DNA from: Proteromonas lacertae
Lineage: Eukaryota
Reading direction: 5' to 3'
Assembly (NCBI GenBank): GCA_002245135.1
Contig: NGBS01000598.1
Location: 1-64,000 of the forward strand
DNA length: 64,000 nt
The notes beneath the pieces are model-generated. The model had not been told where the DNA came from. It saw only the letters and a list, made by a program, of their open reading frames with translations, and made no database searches. Below, in pieces: positions 24,745-38,192 of this stretch. The first letter of the stretch is position 1. Each line of letters opens with the position of its first letter. The position numbers were made by a program, and so were the translations under genes.

Positions 24745-27700
24745 TTATTTGGATGGTTTAAGTTTATAATTTGGTTTTAATGTATATTTCAACTCAAAAT
24801 CATTCTTTGTGAAAACTGTATTTAATCCATATTTGGGTGGTTTTATTCTCATTTCAACTTCACTTTACACAGAAAAAGAATTAAGAAGAAACAAAATCAA
24901 ATAAGAAATAGTTAAAAAAAAGATATATGAGCAAACAAACACTTATCAGCTAAAGGACATTCACCATTTCTTTCCCAATTCAAACATATTTTATGTTTAA
25001 ACAACGAATTATTGATTTTGGATGTATATGGAATAGGATAATATTGATTTAATTCATTAAACACAGTCTCTTTATTCCACCATTGTCTATATTTCTTTGG
25101 ATCTGATGCATTTGCTTCTGTTTCATTGATTATCACTGGATTGATTGGTTCTGGAAGACAATAATCTTTACCAATCTGTTTATCACTATAATAATAATAA
25201 TAATAATAATATATATATATATATACTATAAATATTCAACTGCAATTTGATAACAAATAGATAACAAATAAGGAAAACGTTCTTTAGATAAAAAATAATT
25301 AATAAAACCAGAAGGAAGTGATAATTGATTTTGAACATTTACAGGTAAATCATGAAAATGATGTTTTTTATTTCTTATAAATCTCAAGCAATCTCTAATA
25401 CTGTAATAATCATATCTTCTGAATTTACCAGATGTTAATTCAGCCAATAATATTTGAGAGATATAACTATCCCATTGTCCTTTACATAATTCCGGACTGT
25501 GTTTCTCTAAGGCAATTACTATTGTATGATTAGTTGGAAGATTTTCAATATTATCACTGAAATCACATAAGAAAGATAATTTCTTATTATCATCCCAAAA
25601 GAATGGATGATGAATGATTTCTGATGCTCTGTTCATATAATAAAAATATAATAATAATATTTATATACTTTAATCTTTGCTTTGGATCATGATTTAACAT
25701 TTTATTGAGTAAATCTAAACACTCTGGCATTTCTTGAATCTCTTTTTTGTATATTTTATTATCATTTATTATATTGTTTTCTCTTTCATAAATATTACCA
25801 AATGGATGTTCTCCACTATAATAAAAAATAAACAATTAAAATACTTTGTTAAAATGTAGTAAAATATACAACCTAATGAAAATATATCCACACTCTGAGA
25901 TAATCTATTGATTGTAGTTATTGAATTATCATTTTCATTTGTTTTTGGATTAATTGTTATTTGATTATTCTGTATTATCTCTGGCGCTTGCCATCCAATT
26001 GTTCCTGGACCTCTACTTGCTTGCTGTGAAGTTGAAATTGAATTGGAATTTGCTGCTGTTGTTGCTTTCTCTATCATCATATAGGTAGATTGAGAATAGG
26101 ATGAATGGTTTGTATCCAACTATAAATAAATAATAAACAAATAGAAATACTTTTTTGCTTAATCCCATATCACTGATTTTAGGTGTATATATTTGAAATA
26201 CATTATCTTTATCTTTTTGTTGTTGTTGTTGCTTTGAATCATTATTCTTCTTTTGGATTAATATATTTTGTGGTTTTAAGTCTCTATGAACGATTGACAT
26301 ATTGTGAACATGTTTTACTCCATTTAATAGTTCCTATAAATATAAAATAATAATTATTATATAAAATCAATACAAGTAAAAATGGTTTAGATTTATTAAC
26401 ATTATCCACCAAATTTTTATTTTTATTATTTCTTATAATATCGACCAAAGTTCCATCACATAATTCCAACGCTAAATATATAAATTCACCATTACTTTCC
26501 TGTGTATAATATCTAACAACATTATTATTTCCATCACTATGAATTAATAACGAAATTTCTCTTTCTGCAGATGTATAGAAGGTATTTAACATTCTTTTAA
26601 TTGCGACTTTTCTTTTATCATTTTCACCTTTATAAACAATTGTTCCATGGCTTCCATAACCTAATATCTCATCAGTAAATATCTTTAAATGATTTATTGT
26701 TAATATTCCATCTTTACTTACAATCAATGGATTATTTTTTGGTTTAATTTTAGAGTTATAAATCATTACTGTTATTACAATTATACATATGTTAATAATA
26801 ATAATCATTAGTGTTTTATTAATATTATAAATCGTATCTTGAGATATGTAATGACCTTGTAAACATGATGGAAATAGTGGTGAATTTGGATTACATATTT
26901 TATCTTCATAATTTTTATCATCAGCTTTCATTATTTTGAAATTTTCATTTTCTTTGTTCATATCATTCATATAAGCATATAACTGTCCATCTGGCATTTG
27001 TTTAATGAAAATATCATTTGGTTTAGTATAAATAGCAACTTCTTTACTGTAATCAGTGATTAAATGACTGTTTTTATTATTATTTGAACTTGTTGTTGGA
27101 AGTAACAACATATTTTTACCATTTTGGTTTTTATATAATATATTATGAACAATTGTATCAAACTTTCTCTTCCATATTATATTCATCTTATTGTCAGTGT
27201 ATAGTAATTCACCATCAATCGTTGTTAATAACTAAACGTAAATAAAGTGAAACGGATACATTTTTGGAATTACCTAAAATATTGCTATTGTGTATGATTT
27301 GAGTTGGAATATAAGGAGTCTATTAATATATATATATATATATAATTATATATACTGTAACATCAGATACTGTAAAATTCCATAACTCTTTACCACTTTC
27401 ATGATCAATTGCTTTGACAACATAATCTGATCTTCCTATCCATAAATAGTCCACATTTTTATCAAATAATGGAGGTAAATTCTCATTTAAACATGTCTAT
27501 ATATTAATATTTATTAGGATATACTGAATCGAGAGTATAATTCTTATAAATCTCACCATTTAATGGGTTAACTGCATATAATGTGGTTATTTTAGAACCA
27601 AGATATATAGAACCATCTTCACTGTAAAATGGAGATGAAGCTACTATGTCTTTAGCTCTTAAAGGTAATTTCTTAAATTCTCTTGAATTTGGCGATAACA

Positions 27701-28111
27701 TAACAATACCACCATCTAATGATGGAATTAATACAGAACTAAATAGTAATTAGATATGAATAACTTTATACTGCCTTCTATTTTGTCGATTTTGATAACT
27801 CTGTAGAAGTGGCTTTCCACTACTCATTGACCATACTTCATCTCCAGTTTCTGAATTAACTGCATGAACCTCTCCTGATAAAGTTGTTACTAAAAGTAAT
27901 TTACCTAAAAATAATTAATTAGATTATCAATACTATTCATAACAGACGATCGCTTTATCAGTGGTAATTTTGATTCTTCTTTTTCTATTGTTTCATCTAA
28001 TACTTCTGAAATCATCAGAGATGTGTTGTCATCATCATCATCTTGACAATAACCAATATGAAAAACCAAAAGAAGCAGGAAAAATTGGAATATAACCCTT
28101 TGATACTTCAT
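24745..28111 (-). CDS. IRE1: IRE1 kinase/endoribonuclease with C-terminal CCCH zinc finger
   Basis: Signal peptide, luminal domain (LLVTTLSG, LPLRAKDIVASSPF), TM segment, kinase (LGYGSHGTIVY, HRDLKPQNIL, ISDMGLSK, GTIGWQAPE), KEN RNase (DCLRFIRNKKHH) and CX8CX5CX3H. The last exon depends on a non-canonical intron; without it the ORF ends at 24912. Confidence 0.9.
24865..24926 (-). other. Candidate U12-type (minor) intron, AT-AA termini, 62 nt
   Basis: Donor ATATCTTTT and branch-like TTCTTAAT. Removal gives FAH|SEVEMR, the usual post-CCCH pattern, plus a roughly 39-codon open terminal exon. Confidence 0.65.
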
Positions 28112-28317
28112 AATTCAGCAAAACAAAATATTAGATTTGATCAATTCAAGCTTTTTTTTCATTCACTTTTCGCTTGTTTTTACATTTACCTTCTACAAAA
28201 ACGTGTTCCAATAATATTTGAGGAAATGAACTTGTTAAATTTTATGTTAAAAAGATAAAATTACCAACAAACACTCAGAAATTATCAAAATAATAATATT
28301 TGTGAGACTAGCAACAT

Positions 28318-29898
28318 TTAATATGGTTTATTATTAGGATTTGGTGGAGTAATAACCATATTAACAGATCCATCTCTTGATAATTGCATTTGAATTTGAG
28401 ATCTATCCTTTTCTTGAATAGTTGATAAATAAGTATTATCTCCTCTTCTATCAATAGTGAAATTGGGTTGGTCTAATCTACTAGGAGTGCTATAAGACAC
28501 ACCACTTGGAGTTCCATTGGTTTGTTGGCTTTGTTGTTGGTTCTGGTATGGTGTAGATGGTGGTATGGATGAGAAGCTGCTTGTACGTGATACATTCTTT
28601 CTTGGAGGTGTAATTGAAGCAACATAAGATTCATTTCGGTCAATATAAGGACTTGAAGCTATTCTTTGCTTTTGTTGTTGATTTTGTGATGATGATGATG
28701 CATTATTTAAAGATGTAAAATCACTTATATTTCCATTAGTCAATTTTTCAAACAAATTATTCATCAATCTTCTTATATTTGTGAATTTTTCATCTTCAAT
28801 AATCCATTTAATTTGTATATTATTTAAATCACCATTTAATACAGATATTGCTTGTTTAATTTCATCTTCCATTCCATCTGTCATTCTGCTAATTCTCCAT
28901 GAAAATGTTTCACGATCAGTTGCTTGAGATGCGATCTTTTGATGTAATTCTGAGATTGTTTGTTCATATCTTTGGATTACATTCTCAATATCAGCTATAT
29001 ATATAATAATTAATAATTAATACATTGATTATGAGTATCAACTCCATTATTACTCATATTATTATTCATTTGACTTTGATTTAATTGATATGTCAATAAT
29101 TGAACTTGGTCTTGTAATCTCATTTTATCTTGATTCGATCTTTCTAAACGAGTGGCACTTTCATTCAAATCATCTCGAGCCTCTTGTAAATCTTTACGTA
29201 ATTGATCAAAATCAGTTTGATATTGTAATAGTAAATGACTATGTTCCTGTGAATTGCTGTTGTTGGCGTTTAATTGGTTGACTTGGTTGTTTAAGTATTC
29301 AATTTTCTTTCTTGCTTCTTCTGTTATTAAATTCAATCTTTCTTCTAAAGCAGCGTTTTGAACAGTTAAATCATCAACTTTTGCAGTTAATTCGGATATT
29401 TTCTGCTCTGCTAATATTTTAGATTGTGATGATTGATCAGCTAGATTTTGGGCTTCTTTGGCTGCTAACGTAAGTTGATATTCCAATCTTTGTTTTTTGG
29501 CATTTTCATTTTCTCTTTCGACTTTCATTGAGGCGATTAAACGTTCTAAATCTTCCATTTTTGCATTGTACACACGTTCTTGACTGGAGGAATGAATATC
29601 AAGAGACTCTTTTAATCTTTCCATTTCTTGTTGTTGCTGTAATGCTACTTGTTCATAATGTTTCTTATTTTCACTTAATTCGGCTATAATAATGATAAAC
29701 TATAAATTCATACCTTCAACTGCAGTACACTTTGCTCTGGCTTGATCTAAATTATTTCTTAATGTGCTATTTTCTTTTTTGAGGTTTAAAATCATAAGTT
29801 CGGAACTTGTTGGATTGTTATTCTATATATGCAATAAAAAATTCATAATATACTAAATCCATCTGTTGATTATCCATGCCAAGGTAGGAGGAGTTCAT
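28318..29898 (-). CDS. Coiled-coil protein of unknown function with S/P/Q-rich tail
   Basis: ORFs 29010-29624 and 28318-28884 joined via short GT-AG introns; heptad-rich composition. Confidence 0.65.
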
Positions 29899-30058
29899 TA
29901 CTTATCTACAGCAATCACAAAGGATAAAAATAATTCAACTAAGTTGTTGCAAAATAGATTTGAAAGTTAACGGCTAATTCAAATTAGATTTTCAATTTTC
30001 TTTTCAACAAACAATGTATATCAATGAATTGAGTTATAATAAAAATACAATATATAAT

Positions 30059-31881
30059 TTAATAGTCTTCATCTGGTTCAACATATCCAGATCCATCTAA
30101 TTGTCCTTCATTCAAAGAATTATATTGAGTAAGTGTTGAATCAACGAATGTTTGCCATTCAGAATCATTATTAATAAGTCCACGAAGTGTATCAGAGGAT
30201 GAACATAAATGAGATATACAATTTGACAATCTTATTAAATGCCCCATATAACCAAAAGGAGTTGGTTTATAATTACTAGTGGCATCATAATATGTCTGGA
30301 ATTGCTGTCTAATAGTAGAAGTCAATTGATTATCACTCACAACATTCGATAATAAAGAATAGTCATCAGAGCTTAAAGCAGCCAATAAAAATCTCTCAAT
30401 TGCAGAATGGAGTGAATTATTCCATGGATATTGTAAGAAGAATTGGATCAAAGACGTTGGTAACTGTAATTGAACAATCTTCTGCAACGATTGAGGATAT
30501 CCGATTCTAGTAATCTCAGCTATAATCTCAACACATCTTATTCTAATAATACCACATCTTTCACCACTAGTAGCAGTATTACAGAAATTAGCATCTAATG
30601 CGACACTATCACGGTTGTTGGTAAGTATTGGAGCTATATATAATATATCTCTTAATAATTCTAATTTATCTTGAACCATTTTGACTACTTTTGGCATTTC
30701 TATATCAGTTTCAGGAATGAAGCCTAAATCATCACTTTGTATTGAATTGTACTGTTGTATTCTTTGTCTTAAAAATACAATAATTAAATATAATCGATAA
30801 GCTACATAACTGGGTGGTTTACTTTGTTTTTGTCCTTTTGAATCAGATATCTCCTGTAAAAGTTTCAATACTTCTGTTGTAATATTTTCATAATTCTGAT
30901 CCATCTTTTCAGTATATACTCCTAATGATTCATTGTTCATCATACCATTGAATATATCACTATATAAAAATAAAATAATAAAAATAAAAATATATATATC
31001 TATACTCATCATCATCATCTTCATCTTCATCATCTTCATTGAAATATAATCCATAATTATCATTAGCAGAGTCATCAGCAGGTGCATCAGGAATACTATC
31101 ACTTCCTTCATCATATTCACAGTTTAAACTAATCTTTTTACTCTTACAAACACTTCTCACTTTATTTCTACCTGAAGCTGTTGTATTATTTTCACCAATA
31201 TCAATTGTTTGGAAGTTGTTGGTTAATCTGTTTAACCCTTCAGCTAAGACGGTTAAACCGCTATCTGATATATGGTTATTTTTCATAGAGAGATGAATTA
31301 AGGTTGGGATATTATACAATAAATTGGAGAGAATTTCAGTTCCATTATCACCAATATTGTTGTTGTCTATTGTTAAATTAGAGAGTGAAGTGCTTTCGTT
31401 TTCTGAAACAGCCGTTAATAAATAATATAATCCTGTATGAGTTATTCTATTATACATAATTAATTATTAAATATACTCATTACCAGTGAGGACTAGACTT
31501 TGAAGGGTTTTATTCGATGAAAATATTGATGATAAAGAATTTATACCGTCATTACCAAGTTTACAATTACTAGAAGATAATTACATTAACAATACGTTAA
31601 ATCGAGATAAGTGATGGATGAATTGGAGGTTAATGCCTTGACGAATTGTTTATAATAACCTTTACATATCTAAAATTTAAATAACAACACATACTTTAAA
31701 ACCAGTAAGTGTGAGTGAGTTAAGTTTTGTATTCATTGATATAGCTGTGCATAATTTAACAAAATTTTCATCTGTTATTTGTACATCTAGCAATTTTAGA
31801 TATAACGACAATACTAGTAAAATCAGCATGTTGGAAGTAGTCAACATTTGAATCAATATAACCAATGATTTCTTCAGCCAT
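30059..31881 (-). CDS. RNI-like LRR protein fused to a SAPS (PP6/Sit4 regulatory)-like C-terminal domain
   Basis: LRRs (LTIDNNNIGDNG, LSMKNNHISDSG), acidic linker, then GIIRIRCVEIIAEI, FFLQYPWNNSLH, GYMGHLIRLSN, WQTFV..TL...N; five introns. Confidence 0.7.
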
Positions 31882-32191
31882 TATTTTCAATTAGGTTGTA
31901 AAATAAATATGATAAACTGGTTAAATCCTAAAACAAAAAAATATCTTTTTAATAACCAGATAGCTTATAAATGCAATTTCTAACTAAAAATAAAGAAACT
32001 ACTTTGCCACGAAAGGCGAAGCTGAAATTTTACTTCCACCACTTTCGAGTTCAAATCCACTTCATGTTTTTATTTTTTATTTTTTAAATAAATATAAATA
32101 TTTATATAGTTTATTTTTGTATAGATTTATTAAAAATTATAAAATCTAATAAGAATATTATAAGAAGAAGTGGAAAAAAGCAGAAAAAATT

Positions 32192-32264
32192 TGGTCGGTA
32201 TGGGTCTCGAACCCATGACCGCCGCCTTATTAGAGCGGTGCTCTACCGACTGAGCTAACCGACC
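32192..32264 (-). tRNA. tRNA-Ile (anticodon AAU)
   Basis: GGTCGGT TA GCTCAGTCGGTAGAGC A CCGCT CT-AAT-AA GGCGG ... GGTTCGAGAC ... ACCGACC A cloverleaf, 73 nt, followed by a T-run terminator. Confidence 0.96.
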
Positions 32265-32573
32265 TGTTAACTTTCATTTATTTTTGACCATACAAACAAC
32301 CAGAATTTATTATTTACATTTTTATTGACATATGTTACTATTTTAAATGGTTTTGCGATAATAAAAGTTATGGTTAATCAATCCTCAGCTACTGTGATAG
32401 GTATTATTTTTAAGAGAAATGTGAATTATTTTTTGACCGACATAGTGAGTATTTCGTTACAACATTCCAAACAAACAAAATTTAAGACACAACAGGTTAT
32501 AAACATCTTATAGAATAGAATAAATAATGTTACATCCGTGATAATTATTGTTTGATATAGCTTATTAAGCATT

Positions 32574-34314
32574 TTAAAACACATCTCCATCTCCATAATC
32601 ATCACTATAATCACTCATATCATCGTCATCATCATCGTCATCATCATCTTCACTACATTCCATCTCTTCATTATTAACAGCATTATTCATTGAATCAGAA
32701 AAAGTAATATTATTCTCTTCAAATGTAAAGCCACTAAATTGAACATCACTATTCAATGAACCATGCCAAGTATTCTCATACGAAGGAGTTGGTCTAATAT
32801 CAACAGCAGTGAATTCTGAATCGAATTGTGATACATCCAAACTATGTGATAATGGTGGAATCCATGGAGCTGGCGTAGTTTTGTTCTTTAATGCTTCCCA
32901 GTCGATTGATGAGAAAAATGAATGTTTCTTGATGGATATTGCATCATCTTCTCCTGTACCAAGTCTTTTGTTAGGATCTTTCTCCATCAAACCTAATAAT
33001 ATTGCTTTTGCATCATTACTCAGAAAATTAGGTAAATCGAGTGGTTCATGCTTGATTTTTTCAAATAATTTCTCTTTATCGGAACAATAGAATGGTGGCA
33101 TACCGGTAAGCATTTCAAACAATAAAGCGCCTAAACTCCACCAATCTACTGCTCTACCGTGTCCCTGACGATTTAGAATCTCTGGAGCTAAGTATTCTGG
33201 TGTACCACAGAAGGAGTTAGCACCTTTTGCATCAGACATCACTCCTTCTTTACTTAGGCCAAAATCAGCTAATTTCACATGACCAGCTCTATCTAACAAC
33301 ACATTTTCTGGTTTTAGATCACGATAAATGATTCCTAACTGATGCATATGTTCTAATGCAAGTAAAATCTCTGCTGCGTAAAATTTAGCTCTTGACTCAC
33401 TAAATTTACCTTCATTACCTAAATGAAAGAATAATTCACCACCACCACAGAAATCTAACACCATATACAATTTCTTATCCTATTCAATTTTAATAAATCA
33501 ATTATTAAAAGAATATATATGTATATATATATATATACATTTTGAAAAGCATAATGCAACTGTACAACAAATGGGTTATCTACTTTTTCTAACACATCTC
33601 TCTCAGTTCTAGTATGTTCAATCTGATTTCTTTTTCTAATCGTATCTTTTGCTAATACTTTCATCGCATATATATCGCCAGTATCATTCTTTCTCACTAG
33701 AAATACTTTTCCAAAACTACCTTTTCCTAATAACTTGAGTGACGTGAAATCTCTTAAACAATTCTGTGGTCATTGTTTCTACGATGTGAATTTTGGTTAA
33801 TCGCTTGTTCTAAACCTGGCGGAGGTGTCTATATACACATTACATAGAAATCAAATAATAATTGATAATATACGTTTGCTTCTGCTTGTAAAAAGTCACA
33901 CATGTTTGAATCATCTCGTATTGTGACGTCAGACATTAACTATTTAAAAATAAAGTGATTTTTATATGGGAAATACTATCATCAACCAATCTTCTAATTC
34001 TTTCCTTCGCTGCTCATATCCATGAGGTGTTCTATCTAATGAGAAGCTTGCAGGGCATGCTGGTATAGATGGATGAGTCTGAAACAACTATAAAATTGAT
34101 AAACACAACTCATACAATTTCATATAGGGATGTGAAGGTGTCATAACGTCTATATATTTTCCATGTAATCGAGCCCAGATATAATATTTATAACATAAAC
34201 CTAGGCAAGTACAATTAATGCTCACTATACAATATGCTCGTTATTCATCGTATCTCTAGCTATAGCATACCCTAATATTTTAATATTAATGGGAGACAAC
34301 TCCGGTTTTGACAT
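32574..34314 (-). CDS. PX-domain AGC kinase (SGK3/S6K/Akt-like)
   Basis: PX motif WKIYRRY; kinase LGKGSFGKV, YRDLKPEN, DFG, SFCGTPEYLAPE; hydrophobic motif FSGFTF. Single-base indels near 34175 and 33760. Confidence 0.88.
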
Positions 34315-34792
34315 ATACAGTTTAAAAAATTTATATTTAAAAAACTATTGAAAAAACACCGACAACCAAAACTATTTTTTCAAACACCTTACCAATCAAA
34401 TTCTTGAGACACAATTCTTTGATAAATACATCATCATTTTACTGAAAGTATGCGAAGGATGAGTTGTACTATTTTGCAGCATATGAAGCATTTTCGATAT
34501 AATTAGTACATATTTCTTTATATCTATTGCTTATTAAATTAAGCAAATTGGAATTGGATTAGCACAAATGCAAGCATTTACAATATATTATTATTATTTT
34601 CATTTATTTAAAGAGAAACTAAAACACTTACAAGGTAATTCTTCAACAACCATATTCCTATATAGAATATTGCACTATTTTGTAGAAATATCACAAATAA
34701 CAAACAGAAAATGTATAATTCTTTTATAGAAACAACCGAATCTTATTTAAACTGGATCTTACAAAACATTGCAGTTAAGTATAAAAAAACAA

Positions 34793-36676
34793 TCATTCTA
34801 TCTTTCTAAATTTAGAAATGAAAAATCCAATTGTATCATTCCCATCAAAAGGGTTAAATCTTTGAACTTTACTCTTTTGCTTTTCAGTTAATGCACAGCC
34901 ATCATATCCATTATTTCCAATACGATATTCTTGATCTAATAATTCCAATTTGTATGTTGATAAGAAATAAGCAACATTATCTTCATTTTCCATAGGATTA
35001 ATGGTACCTAGTATTACATATAATAAAAAACATATAATATATAGCATACATGTAGAATAAACAATAATACCATTAACTTTACACAATTGATAAGCTACAT
35101 TGAACAAATCCTTTTGAGTATTTGCATACTTTTTCAATTCATTTAATTTTATATCACATAACAGCCTTGGCCTTAAACCTAAAGCAGAACAAGGTGGATC
35201 TAATAATATTCTATCAAATGAATTTGGATAAAAACCATTCAATTTAAGATTATGATTTTCATAGATAGGCATAAGTACGGATTTTACTGTGTCATTCATT
35301 GATGGTAAAAATTGAGATGGAAATGAATAAATATTTTTTGATTTTATATCTGTTCTATCTTTAGTTTTGTATTCTTTTAGTAAATTATCTAATACTGGTA
35401 TTTCTAATGGTGGTTTTCCTTCTTCCACTAGTTTTATCGATTTTCTTTTTATTTTTTCAATCTCCCAAAGTGCTTTCTTTCTTTTACTGTTTGAAATTGA
35501 ATTATCAGTTGCAGTTTTCATTTCTTTTTCTTCTTTCATTTCACTGTTATTATTTGGTGTTATATTCTCTTCTTCTTTATTGAATAATAATTGAGTACTA
35601 TCATGATGAAATGGTATAATATTTGTTAAATTCCAATTGGATATGAATGGAATGACTTCTTTTTCTATTTTCTTTTTACTTCTATCAATAGCAATCTATA
35701 AATAATAAAAGAATAATAATTAAAAAAATAAATAAAAATTATATAAATACAATTGTTGATTGATTATTACAAAGATAAGCAATATGAGTAGTTTTTCCAC
35801 CTGGTGCACAACACATATCCAAAATTGTTTCATTTTCTTTTGGGTTTAATATATCTCCTACCATTATCGATGGATAATTTTGAACATAGAAATAATGAGA
35901 TGATAAACTATTCAATGATGGAGAATCACCATAAATTCGATTATTTACTTTTACTGCTAAACCATCAGAATTTCGAAATATTTCATCTCTTGATAATACA
36001 CTTATTCCTGTGCCAATTAATCTATTTAAAAAATATATTCGTTTTATTAAAAATATACAATGCTTTTCCATTATATTTTGAATAATCTACTCCTCTTAAT
36101 AATCCACTATTTTCACTTATATTTACTAATACTGATACTTTGGTTGATTTTAATACTGTTTTTTCAGCACATAATACTCCTTTTAGAAATATATCACTTC
36201 CTCTTAACACTGATTCACCACAAAATCTATCAACTATTACTTTCGGTAATGATTCCCATTCTGTAATTGGCGATGGTGGTGATGATTGGATATGTACTAC
36301 TTCTTCAAATCTTTCATCATTCTATATTTATAGTTGAATTAATGGTCATACTGTAATTTTACATGGTTCTCTTCCTTGATCCATCAGTTCATTATTTCTC
36401 TCTAGTATATGAGATTCTAAGATAGAAATATTCATTATTAAGAATTCATATTATGAATTTATAAAGATATTAATTCATCTTTTGTTTTATTAGCATGTAA
36501 ATTCAATCTAATTGTTGAATACCTATAAATAATGGTTTTTGATAATACTTTGGTGGAATAATCCACTGTTTCTTATTTCTTTCAACATATTCTCTTCCTA
36601 ATGTCTTAATAAAGTATTCTTCAACTTCTTTATCTAATTCTATCTCATATTTGCTTAATTCAATAATTTCGGCCAT
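34793..36676 (-). CDS. NSUN6: NSUN6-like tRNA cytosine-C5 methyltransferase
   Basis: PUA-like VLRGSDIF..GV, ILDMCCAPGGKTTHIA, FDRILLDPPCSALGLRP, VYSTCT..P.ENE and DTIGFFISKF motifs. Confidence 0.9.
36430..36470 (-). other. Candidate U12-type (minor) intron, AT-AT termini, about 41 nt
   Basis: An in-frame TAA must be removed and there is no GT donor at this point. Donor ATATCTTT and branch-like TTCTTAAT; removal gives KDEL|ISILESH. The exact acceptor is uncertain. Confidence 0.65.
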
Positions 36677-36753
36677 CGAAAAAAGTATTATTTTTTCATT
36701 CACCATCAAATTAAAAAACAATATTAAACAACATTTAAATTAATGAAATTTGT

Positions 36754-37910
36754 TTATTTCTTATTATTTACATTCTTTACTTCTATTTTATTTTGAATAG
36801 CTGTTGTCTTTGGTGTAATATTTTCTAATGAATGAGGTGTAAATTTAATCAAAGCAGTAACTTTCTTTTTACCTCTAATCTTATTCATTATTGCATTTTT
36901 AATATTATTTTTCATCTCATTAGTTTTTATTCTAATATATCTATTCAATCTATCCTTTTGTTTCTTCATATATCTTTTAATACTCATTTTAATAGCATTC
37001 TTTTTGTACCTCATATACTTCAATATTCTCTGTCTTCTTCTTTCTCTTCTTTTTCTCAAATATTCGTCAATAATTTCACATTTCAAATATAAATAATGAC
37101 CTAATCTCAACGACTGTTCAGTTATTTTATCACTTAACATTTTTCTATATGAATTATCAATGATCTTCGCTTTCTTATCATAATATGGAAGTGTATAGAT
37201 AACACCTTTATTCTTTTCAAAGTACCAATCATATTTCGTAGGTGTTTTAGCTGGAAATGGATGATAAGGAGGATTTAATTCAAATTTACCATCTCCTTTT
37301 AAATTGGTTGTTGTTATTATTGGTTTGGCTGGTTGCATTAACCCTTTACCTCTTAAAAAATGAACAATTGGAACAGATACTAAACAAGTAACAAATATAC
37401 GAAGTGGTAATATAATTGTGGTTAATACAGCAGCTATTGCTAAAGAGGCTGCTCGTGTGTCGTTTGGAATTGAATTTACATAAGGAGCAAAGGTAGGCAT
37501 TTGAAAAAAGAAAGCTATAAATCGTTTCACATTTACTCCATGTTCTAATAACCAGTAGAATCCATAATAGTACACATAGTATAATACATTGTGAGCTAAA
37601 AATGCGGTTATACCATAGATTTTACAAAACAGTTTGAATGTTGAGATTCTCTATTCATATTTTTATTAATTATTATATATACATAAAAATCAAATGTGAA
37701 TAACATTCGAAATCGAAAATTATTACCATCAAAATGTAATTTTGTTTTATTCTTTTCTTTTACTTTATCAGAATTGGTAGAAAATAAACATATTTCAGAT
37801 TTATATATTGATTCTTTCACTGATTTTTGAAAAACTAGTTTAGAACAATATCTTCGATTTACAAATTTGACAATAGGATTATTGAGTTTTCTAACAAACA
37901 TGAATGACAT
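36754..37910 (-). CDS. FAM210/DUF1279-like membrane protein with putative mitochondrial presequence
   Basis: R/K/S-rich N-terminus; FKLFCKIYG...YYGFYWLL..GV...SLAIA....ILPLRIFVT pattern; one intron; long basic tail. Confidence 0.6.
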
Positions 37911-38192
37911 TTCATAATATTATAGATTTAGAAATCAATATCAACGAAGATTTTTTGAAATACAGTTTTAAAGTGTATTTTTATCAAATCAATCAAGCCA
38001 TATTTATTTTTAAAACTGTTTTTCTCATTATATGCTTTATGAAAATCGACTTATCTGTTATAATTCTTTATAATTTTCAATGATGGACAATAAATAAAAA
38101 CAAACAAAATGTGAAAGAAAAGTGTTTAAGAATTAAAGAATTCTTTTACTTATCTTTCTATCTCTTCAATAATAATAAAGTGAATTGAGAAA

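Noticed and set aside
24865..24926. IRE1 self-cleaved (non-spliceosomal) intron
   Set aside because: No CNGCNG hairpin loops at either boundary; donor and branch motifs fit U12-type splicing better.
24932..24942. TGTTTGTT motif (Blastocystis-type signal for polyadenylation-created stops) on the minus strand
   Set aside because: It lies inside the CCCH codons, and modelled genes in the window have encoded stop codons.
27232..27259. GTATCC-starting introns (here and about 59930-59962) as U12-type
   Set aside because: The donor match ends after six bases, no TTCTTAA-like branch is present and the ends are ordinary GT-AG.
32000..32070. B-box-like GTTCAAATCC and small hairpin near the tRNA
   Set aside because: No T-stem pairing or cloverleaf, so a second tRNA or Pol III RNA cannot be supported.
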